NCBI GenBank assembly: GCA_002269645.1
Contig: NIVC01000136.1
Coordinates: forward strand, 248,001 to 312,000
DNA from: Macrostomum lignano
Taxonomy: Eukaryota
DNA: 64,000 nt
Direction of reading: 5' to 3'
The position numbers and the translations under genes are program-made. Every line of letters starts with the position of its first letter. The first letter of the stretch is position 1. Below, piece by piece: positions 50,460-64,000 of this stretch. The notes under the pieces are model-generated. The model searched no databases and was not told the origin of the DNA. It saw only the letters and a list, made by a program, of their open reading frames with translations.

Positions 50460-50800
50460 AGATTTAAGCTGAGGTACGTGAGCCAGTCCTGAGTAAAGGC
50501 AGGAAATCACATATGAAGTGCTCCCACTCTTGATGCTTTCGAGAGGCAGAATGGGCATTCCTCGCTACTGATTTTCTCATGAGGTGACGATGCCTGGCAA
50601 AGCAGCCATGTCCCACGAGGGCCATGGTCTCCGCCCTGATATTCCTCCGGGTGAGTCCAAGCAGGGCCCTGCGGAGGGCAGGAAAATGACAGGGGAACAG
50701 CCGCGCGCGATTGCCGGCAGTCGGTGGCATTAGCTGATGCACCTCTCCCAGTGCTTTGAAGTCACCCACTGGTTGATCCGATAGGTGATAACGGCGGCGG
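50460..50800 (-). mobile_element. Degenerate 3' fragment of a non-LTR retrotransposon (C-terminal zinc-knuckle region)
   Basis: GHGCFARHRHLMRKS...EWEHFICDF resembles the GHx4HL...EHxxCxC C-terminus of I/R1/Loa-type LINEs. Confidence 0.45.
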
Positions 50801-52035
50801 GGGTTGGGGCCTCATTGAGTATCTCAAGCCTTCGGTCATCATCCAGACGCCGTGGGCAACTTAGTAGACGGCACGAAGAAACTATTGACATCGAAACGAA
50901 ATTTTTTTCACAGGTGCACATGAAATCAAGTAGAAGTTACTATACCGATAAGAAAAATTTCCTCAACGTGTAATAAACACTTTTTTCGAGTTAATAAGAG
51001 TAGCTGTCATGATTTCGCACTATATTTTTTTGTTTTAATAGGTTTTTTTACCCGATCTTAGTGTAGAGATATCAAAACCCAGCAGACTACTAGAAGTAAA
51101 AGGATAAAATTACGAATGCAAACTTAAAAATAGCATGCGCCATACTCAATTTTTATTAATACCAGTAATATGACGAAAACAGCGAGTGACTATTTATTTT
51201 CTATTCAAAACCTCACCGTTCAAAGGACGACGGTTGTAAAGACTTCACTTAGTTTGTGTGGCAGAAAGATGCTTTTGCGATAGCATGATAAAATCATTCA
51301 TATATGTATTTGTCGAAATAGTATTTTTACCGATCAATAATTTGGGGACTGTAAATAGATATATTAGTCACGTGCACGTACGCACAAAAGAACAAGCGAA
51401 GGAGAGAGTTAAAGAGCACGATGGTAAAGTGTACGCAGCAACCCCAGCACCCCACACAACACAAGCCAAGTCACTAAAACGGTCAAATCCATTTCTTGAT
51501 ATCATCAATAAAACCGGTTTGGGGCTCAAAGGTCGACTTATATTGGGTATAAATGCAAGTGAAAAATCCGAGCTGAAACCTCAGACTTGGAGCAGCCTCG
51601 TGAAGGCCTCAAGAGATATTGGGCTTTGGTAGAGCAACCAAACGAGGCAATATCTCTGAAGAAGACAAATACCAATTGGTAAGCCTTTGTACGTGTCTGA
51701 GGTATTTGATTATTGAGAGCTGCGTTATTGCCGGCCGTTACTGACCAGTGGAATTCTATTGAGTTATTGAATTTGGGGCCTCCCTATTCCTAAGGGATTG
51801 AATAGGATCTGCGGACCGATTCCGATACTCTTAGAGGATTATTGGGTGATTTATTATGATACTATAGACTCCTAGAGTAACAGATAAGGGCACGCGAATC
51901 TAATTCTGTTATTTCTAGAAGTCGCCCTTTCTAGAGGACCTCGTCATTGTTATCGAGCTGACTTTGTTACTAGGGCACATCTCGGAGTTCTGGACTCGAG
52001 GAATACTTCGACGTCGACGGATTAAGTTGTTACGC

Positions 52036-53296
52036 TCTCATTCTCGGCCGACTTTAGAATTACGAAGGAAGACCACATAGAGGAGACGAGCTCTACAGAC
52101 CCGCCCGACAAAGAAGAGGAGCCCGCACCAGTAAGTGATCAATGAATTCTGTTCCCAGGCCTGAGGTCTGGAAGTGGGAGTTTACGAGTGACTGATCACC
52201 ACTCTTTAACATTTCTTTAAGTTCAATCTTTGTAACAGTGAGTTCAATGCTGTTTATTAATTTTTTTATTACTAAAATACAATAGATATGGCTGGTTTTA
52301 TTTAATAAAACATACAAATAATACGATAAACAATCACTATCGAGGGTCCAGACGAGCGCAGTTGCCTTGTTGCCATGCCTTCAAGAGGCCGACGGCGTCA
52401 CCCTGATGACAGACTGAATAAGAGTCTGGCTGAGGAGGTACCAGCCGTTGAGGTTTTCTCATTATTGAGATTCTGACATGGGCGTAAAAGGGTGCATTAA
52501 ATACGCCGGCGCCCTTGGGAAGAATCCGAAAATCCGGAAAATTTGTTCGGGATGAGAGGAAAATCAGCGTTAGAAGTTTTAATTCTAAAACAACCCCGAT
52601 ATCTAAAGAAACCGGAACTATCAAGAATTACCTGTATTACCTGAATTATCTGGGCCAATGTACAAGATAATACGGCTTGCGCTGCAGATTGAAGAAATCT
52701 AAAAAGACAAACTTTGACACAGTTCGCACTGCAGACGAAAAAAAACAAAACGCAAAACATTTTCGACACGACATGCAGTGTAAACAGAAACTCCTGCAGC
52801 GAGGCAGGTAAAATTGATGCGCTGCATGGCGCAAAGGCTGCGAGTGACGCATGCAGTGCCTCGGGATTCCAGACACTGTCTGGCAGAGATAAAAGTGCAT
52901 TTAGTCGCGGGATTCTGGCCAACCGAATCCCCAGCTGAGGCAAACAGTCTGATGCAAATCCCAAACCGCGTGACGCGTCTGGAATGCAAAGTGCAGCCTG
53001 CAGTCACGTGAAATTTATCCGATAGGCAGGGAATGCTTCTTCTGTAAATAAATGCAGCCATTTTACAGAATGCAGCTGCAATCCTCAGCTTACCGATACA
53101 ACAACGAAAGGTGAACTTGACTCGATGCAGCGCTTTCAGTTGCGAGTTTCTGCAGCGTTGGCTCTGCTGCTCTGCTCGCTGGCAGCCGGCCAGGTCTCCC
53201 AGTGCGCTCCCGCTGACTCTCCGCGGCTCCGCTTCGTGGCGCAGCTCAGCGTGAACGGCTGCGCGCTGTTCGTGCACGACACGGGAGCGAGCGACG
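52036..53296 (+). repeat. Segment duplicated at 62740-64000 (offset 10704 bp)
   Basis: Identical ORF translations at the same offset (e.g. 52093/62797, 52337/63041, 52497/63201). No differences seen by eye. Confidence 0.93.
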
Positions 53297-56231
53297 GTCC
53301 GCACTTGGCAGTCGAGCCGCTCATGTGAGTGACGGACAGCCTGAGAGGCATTGTTCCCCGATTCGACTTCATCACCCAGCAGCTGTACTTCAGCGTTCCT
53401 GTATTGATGAGGGATGCTGGAATGCTCGCAGAGGCTCAGCGTCAACTGCGGCATCTGTCACCGAGGTCTGTGAGCTTCGCCACGGTGACCAACATCAGCG
53501 TCTTAGCCGACAACCGCTCATCGGTTCGGGTTTTGGGCTTCCTGTGGACTCCGGATGAGCCAGTAGCCACTCTGAGACTCGGCTTCAAAAGGATTGTTGT
53601 CAAGACCGATTCAAGTAAAGCTTCAGGTTCAAGAATTTTACAGGAAAGTTTACCTCTCCAGTTCTTTCAATCAGTGTATAACCAGCTGAAGCGCAGTGAT
53701 GACTTTGGAAGCTCACCACAAGAGGCTCTTGAAAAGGTGAAGATATCAGCTTTTATCATTTCGAACGGATCTTGTCATGAGGTTCAGAGCCGCGTCATGC
53801 TGCAAAACGACAGCTTCATCGAAGTCGGCTTGTACAGGAAAAAATTCTTACCCGTGTGCCGACAGCTGCGGTTCATTCGCTACGTCAAACTCGAGAACTG
53901 CTCTGCCCGAGTGCACCAGAGACTCGACATCAAAGGCCACTTCCTCATCGAGCCTCTGCTGTGCCACAACATCTCCAGCTTGAGCAGCGAGTCAGTCAGG
54001 TATGACTACAGCCGAGACATGCACTACCTGAAGCTGGATCTGGTGCTGCAAGATGAGGCCACACGCGATGCTGTGAGGACTCAGTTGGCCGACTTGTCGC
54101 CTCGCTCGGTCGATTTCATGCGGCTGTGGACTGCTGAGAGATCGGTGAGCTCTTCGTTGAGTGCTCGGTTCGAGGTCGGTCCGCTGATGGCGTCGGCAGA
54201 CTGGAGATCCGCTCAGCTGCGGCTGCTCTGCGGAACCTTGACGAAGTGCCGCGATCTCAGGTTGGTTGGAATTTTCTGAGGGGTTTTCAGCTTTTATTGC
54301 ACCAGATTCAAAAAAGAGTTTACTTTCTAGACTCTCTTTACTTCACAGGACTTCTTGAGTGTTTGCAAGAGTAATACAAAATCCCTTTTCGTGTCAGCTT
54401 GGTTGCTATTGAGCGATCAGATCAGGCTATCAATGCTTTTGTATTGGTTTTTTTTCTTTTTTAAATTTTTTTGGCGTTCAAAAATGGATTTGACAATATC
54501 CAGGTCTGCTGTGCTGGCGGAGCCCGCTGACCTGTGGCGACACTTGCAGTGGCGGGTGACATCGCTGGTTGCTGAGCAGTGCATCTCCAAGTCCAGCCAA
54601 ATCACTTCATCATGGAGAATGAAAGCGTCTGAAGATGCAGTCAGCTGCTCCAGTCTGAAGTCCTGCGTCAGACTGCACAGCGCCTCTGCTCCACGCACAG
54701 CGGCGTTTCAAATCCTGCCAGACGGTCGCTGGTTTGTGAAAATTCAGCAGCGACTTACTGGCAGTGTGAGTTTCCAACGAAGCTGGACTGAGTACGAGAC
54801 TGGCTTCGGTGACAGCACTGACTTCTGGATCGGTGAGCGGCGTTTGTGTATCAGCTAATATTGTGTGACGGAGGGTTGGTAGCAGATCTTGTTAATCTTA
54901 TGGTGAAATTATGGTTGAATCATGCACTTTCAACTGATGTAATACGGACTGAAAGATTAACTGCCCGGCTAAATAAAAAAGTTAAGTTGAAATTGCGCCA
55001 TGATGGCAATGGTCAACACTGGCCTTTTCCGCCTGATTGGCGTTTCGGGTCCTTATTTTTGGTCTTTGGTTTTTTATACAGCTAGGACTATCAATGCCAA
55101 ATAGTTTTTTTTCAGATGACTAAAATGTCATCCAGGACTCATCAATGAAAAGTATTTGACACTCCGTCCAGACAACGAAAATGTCGAAAAATGGAAGTCC
55201 CAAAGCTACTCTAAAGCATAAGGCAGTAGACAGCGGTTCAGTCCAGCCAGAGCAGCACCAGCCAGAGCAGCACCAGCTTCTACGAGTACAACCATTGTTG
55301 CAGTTTTTGCGTATATTTCTATGAAGTTTGCATAAAAAACCTTGTTCCCCGACTCAAAACATTAACTAGTAAATTTTGCGCTGTTCACGTCACGTATAAT
55401 ATTAATGGCCTCATGAGGCCTTATGATAGATACATGGCGTACTTAAGAAAGGTTAGAACTTATTGACTTAAAAAAATCCACAAAATTTTCCTTTCGTGCG
55501 CGCCCTTCTACGAGATATTTATCTGAGTCGCAGTCAAGTTTCCGAAGCGATGCATTCAGATGACATTTCGCTTCAGTCCTGGCCTGATACAATTAAAACC
55601 CGTCTTGAAGTCTAAGAACAGCCGGCCACTCATCTGGGACATCAGAAGGCTTTGAATGGATAATTTAGTCAGTAAACGAATTTAGCTGCACCATCTGCTA
55701 TGGAACGCACATTGTAAAAAATTTATCCCAGGATCCAAATGACGAATCACCTGACAGCAGCGGCGACTAGCCGAGCAGAAGTGACTCAGACTCAGCCGCT
55801 CACCTCCCGCAGGTCTCTCCGCCATCCACTGGCTCAGCCAGGGCGGCGCCACCCTCAGAGTGGAGATGAAGCTGTGGAACGGCTCTGAGCTGCATGCGGA
55901 GTACGCTGGATTCCAGGTGGGAGACGCCAGAACTGGGTATCGGATGACGTACCGAGAGATGCTGAGGGACAGGTTAAATGTCAGCTATGTCGCTTTGGAG
56001 AACAGCAAAGGCATGCAGTTCTCTACGATGGACAGGGACAATGACGTACACAGAGGAATCTCATGCTCAAACAGATGGGGAAAAGCAGGCTGGTGGTTTA
56101 ATGCTTGTCTACACGTCAACCCTAACGGACTTTTTCCTTCGCGGGAGACAACAGATGGCAGCTATATCGTCTGGAACTCTGGCTCTGTCTGGCTGCTTCT
56201 TCGTGAAGTGCGGCTGATGCTGCAGATTTGA
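53125..56231 (+). pseudogene. FReP unit E: join(53125..54260,54504..54832,55813..56231) with TGC>TGA at codon 68 (53326-53328)
   Basis: All exons and splice sites are otherwise intact and in frame; one nonsense codon relative to the paralogs. Confidence 0.82.
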
Positions 56232-56609
56232 GCATCAAAAATTGAGCAACTCAGTGGCGCACCCTGTTGATTCAGATACTGATTTTTTGGACTTAAGCCA
56301 AAAATTATTGGGAGACTAACAAGCCTGCTTCTGCTAGTTATTACCTGCAAAATATGGATTATTACGTCTCCCTGATTGCAAGAGATTTACTGACCGAAAA
56401 CACTCGAGCGCATAAAAAGTGAAACCAATATTTATACACAATAAACTCATTTTAATAGACGCAAACTTTATTAATAAGCAAATTATAAAAGGCTGAATAC
56501 TTCAACTAAGAAATCTGAGCAGCTACTCACTTTATTCATACGGCCAAATGGTCGCGAATTTCTTTTTAAATTCATTTTTTACACTGGAATTTTAGTAATG
56601 ATTTTTTAT

Positions 56610-56812
56610 GAGCACCAGCCAGAGCAGCACCAGCCAGAGCAGCACCAGCCAGAGCAGCACCAGCCAGAGCAGCACCAGCCAGAGCAGCACCAGCCAGAGA
56701 AGCACCAGCCAGAGCAGCACCAGCCAGAGCAGCACCAGCCAGAGCAGCACCAGCCAGAGCAGCACCAGCCAGAGCAGCACCAGCCAGAGCAGCACCAGCC
56801 GGAGCAGCACCG
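56610..56812. repeat. 15-bp minisatellite (GAGCAGCACCAGCCA)n, ~13 units
   Basis: Tandem repeat read directly. Confidence 0.96.
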
Positions 56813-57074
56813 GCCGACTCAGTTCTTCAGCTGATGCTTGCAACTGACTGACTCATAAATTAATTTTGTCTTAGACTTCTCCTTACTTCTTCTTTACCTT
56901 AGATTTTTTCATTTAGTCAAGTTTGCGAACAGAAGTATTTAGATGACATTTCGCTTCAGTACTGACCTGATACAATTAAAAACCCGTCTTGCAATCTCGG
57001 AACAGCCGGCCGCTCAGCTGGGATATCGGAAGGCTTAAAATGGATAGTTTAGGCAATTAACAAATTTTAATTTA

Positions 57075-57400
57075 GGCAATCCAGGTAGGAGACGCCAGCA
57101 CTGGGTATCGGATGACGTACCGAGAGATGCTGAGGGACAGGTCAAGTGTCAGCTGGGATGCTTTGGAGCTCAGCAAAGACATGCGGTTCTCCACGATGGA
57201 CAGGGACAATGACGTATGGGATGCTGGTTCATGCTCCAATAAATATGGAAAAGGAGGCTGGTGGCTTTAACGCTGCCATCAATTCAACCCTAACTGACTT
57301 TATCCTTCAGGGGATTTAGCACATCACAGGAATACGGTCAGGCACTCTGGCTCTGCCTATTGAACTTTTCGTGAAATGAGGCTGATGCTGCAGAGTTGAG
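57075..57400 (+). pseudogene. Second, 5'-truncated FBG exon-3 copy with stop codons, downstream of unit E
   Basis: ...GYRMTYREMLRDRSSVSWDALELSKDMRFSTMDRDNDVWDAGSCSNKYGKGGWWL*RCHQFNPN*... The normal acceptor and exon start are missing. Confidence 0.85.
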
Positions 57401-58522
57401 AATCAAAAATTGAGCAACTCGTTGGCGCACTCTGTTGACTCAAATATGGTTTTTTATCGGATAACTGCCAGACATTAGTACGACTCGTAATAATACTTTT
57501 GCAAATTATGAGTCACATATTATCGATTTTTTCGATATCTTTCTGATTGCAAGAGTTTTACCTACTGAAAAGAGTCGAGCGCATAAAGAAACTGAAAACA
57601 ATATTTTTCGTGATTTTTAACTCAATAAAATCATATTTTCAACCATAAGCTAATTCAAAAAAGTAAAACATCCAAATAAACAAACGTTTTTCGTAAGTCT
57701 CAGTCAGTTTAAAATTTTTACACTTGAATTTTCCACGAATTTAAAAACAAACCAAAAGCATCAATGCTTTGTTGCTACGGAGCGCATGAGGCTTTTTTGA
57801 AGTGTTGCTTTTCTGATAGAATTTGATCGATTTTCTGGTTTTTTTGCTTCTTGTCAATGAGGCACGCAGACTCATTTTTTTGTATTCACAGCTTTATCGA
57901 TAATCAATAAATAGTCAATAATCAATAAATAATAATCAATAATCAATATTCAATAGTATATAATAATCAATAGTATAAATAATCAATAAAGAATTGAACC
58001 AGATTGAAGTGCGGAAAAGTGCTTTTATTGTTGGTGATGTGTAGGATCAAAAATACGACCAATCAATTTTAATTTATTTGCGTTGACATATTTGCTATTG
58101 TCATGAGCGCTACTCAATGCCTGTCTACTGCATCTGGTCTCATATGCATTCTACCAACGTACAAAAGTAAAATGTACTATTTAAATTCTGAGCTGTAGAT
58201 TTCACTTTAAATTATAGTGTCAAAATAGAAGATTGCAATAAAGCATACGGTAGGTAAACATAAACATGGTGTGGAGTCCAGGACTAACGTGCTGTATATA
58301 CAAACTTATCGTCATTTTTCCAGTGCTGGAATGTTGGAGCCGGTGGGTAGGTTTTTACTTGAACTAATTGTAATTCGGTAAAGTGTATAATAGTCTTCAC
58401 CAGACATACATGGTAAAACAAAATCGCACAACAGTTCTACTGTAAAGTGCAGATGAAGCAAGTTCAGTTCAGCTTCGTCTCGCTTCGAACCGCTCGTGAG
58501 CAGTAAAATTCGCAGAAAAATT

Positions 58523-62740
<4,218 letters not shown>

Positions 62741-63828
62741 CTCATTCTCGGCCGACTTTAGAATTACGAAGGAAGACCACATAGAGGAGACGAGCTCTAC
62801 AGACCCGCCCGACAAAGAAGAGGAGCCCGCACCAGTAAGTGATCAATGAATTCTGTTCCCAGGCCTGAGGTCTGGAAGTGGGAGTTTACGAGTGACTGAT
62901 CACCACTCTTTAACATTTCTTTAAGTTCAATCTTTGTAACAGTGAGTTCAATGCTGTTTATTAATTTTTTTATTACTAAAATACAATAGATATGGCTGGT
63001 TTTATTTAATAAAACATACAAATAATACGATAAACAATCACTATCGAGGGTCCAGACGAGCGCAGTTGCCTTGTTGCCATGCCTTCAAGAGGCCGACGGC
63101 GTCACCCTGATGACAGACTGAATAAGAGTCTGGCTGAGGAGGTACCAGCCGTTGAGGTTTTCTCATTATTGAGATTCTGACATGGGCGTAAAAGGGTGCA
63201 TTAAATACGCCGGCGCCCTTGGGAAGAATCCGAAAATCCGGAAAATTTGTTCGGGATGAGAGGAAAATCAGCGTTAGAAGTTTTAATTCTAAAACAACCC
63301 CGATATCTAAAGAAACCGGAACTATCAAGAATTACCTGTATTACCTGAATTATCTGGGCCAATGTACAAGATAATACGGCTTGCGCTGCAGATTGAAGAA
63401 ATCTAAAAAGACAAACTTTGACACAGTTCGCACTGCAGACGAAAAAAAACAAAACGCAAAACATTTTCGACACGACATGCAGTGTAAACAGAAACTCCTG
63501 CAGCGAGGCAGGTAAAATTGATGCGCTGCATGGCGCAAAGGCTGCGAGTGACGCATGCAGTGCCTCGGGATTCCAGACACTGTCTGGCAGAGATAAAAGT
63601 GCATTTAGTCGCGGGATTCTGGCCAACCGAATCCCCAGCTGAGGCAAACAGTCTGATGCAAATCCCAAACCGCGTGACGCGTCTGGAATGCAAAGTGCAG
63701 CCTGCAGTCACGTGAAATTTATCCGATAGGCAGGGAATGCTTCTTCTGTAAATAAATGCAGCCATTTTACAGAATGCAGCTGCAATCCTCAGCTTACCGA
63801 TACAACAACGAAAGGTGAACTTGACTCG

Positions 63829-64000
63829 ATGCAGCGCTTTCAGTTGCGAGTTTCTGCAGCGTTGGCTCTGCTGCTCTGCTCGCTGGCAGCCGGCCAGGTC
63901 TCCCAGTGCGCTCCCGCTGACTCTCCGCGGCTCCGCTTCGTGGCGCAGCTCAGCGTGAACGGCTGCGCGCTGTTCGTGCACGACACGGGAGCGAGCGACG
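63829..64000 (+). CDS. Start of FReP unit F (MQRFQLRVSAALALLL...), running off the window
   Basis: Identical to the start of unit E; its integrity cannot be judged here. Confidence 0.7.
   Translation, partial: MQRFQLRVSAALALLLCSLAAGQVSQCAPADSPRLRFVAQLSVNGCALFVHDTGASD

Overview
Repeat-rich animal genomic DNA with GT-AG introns. The style suggests a free-living flatworm such as Macrostomum, but that is inference only. The main structure is a tandem array of a three-exon, secreted fibrinogen-related protein (FReP/FReD) gene on the + strand. Two copies look intact (B 13763-16944, C 29221-34958). One has a frameshifting deletion in the FBG exon (D 41289-45154), one has a nonsense codon (E 53125-56231), and one starts at the window end (F 63829-). 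There is also an orphan exon 2 (5471-5808), a pseudo exon 3 (~57075-57400) and a module with exon 3 deleted (~23905-24290). Exon 1 encodes a signal peptide and two copies of an unrecognised domain separated by an AT-rich hypervariable segment, and the FBG exon varies mainly in the ligand-binding P subdomain. Between the units lie a 23-bp satellite (five arrays), two families of Ty3/gypsy remnants, a THAP/P-element remnant, an RTE-like 3' end, and an Ngaro-like tyrosine-recombinase retroelement inside the satellite. An Ingi-like LINE carries a 2A peptide, a PHD finger and an HDV-like ribozyme, and next to it is a ~250-bp element headed by a second HDV-like ribozyme. The 3' half of a PDE9-type phosphodiesterase gene lies on the - strand at 58.5-62.7 kb. 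It has a duplicated penultimate exon and is cut mid-exon by a near-identical copy of 52036-53296.
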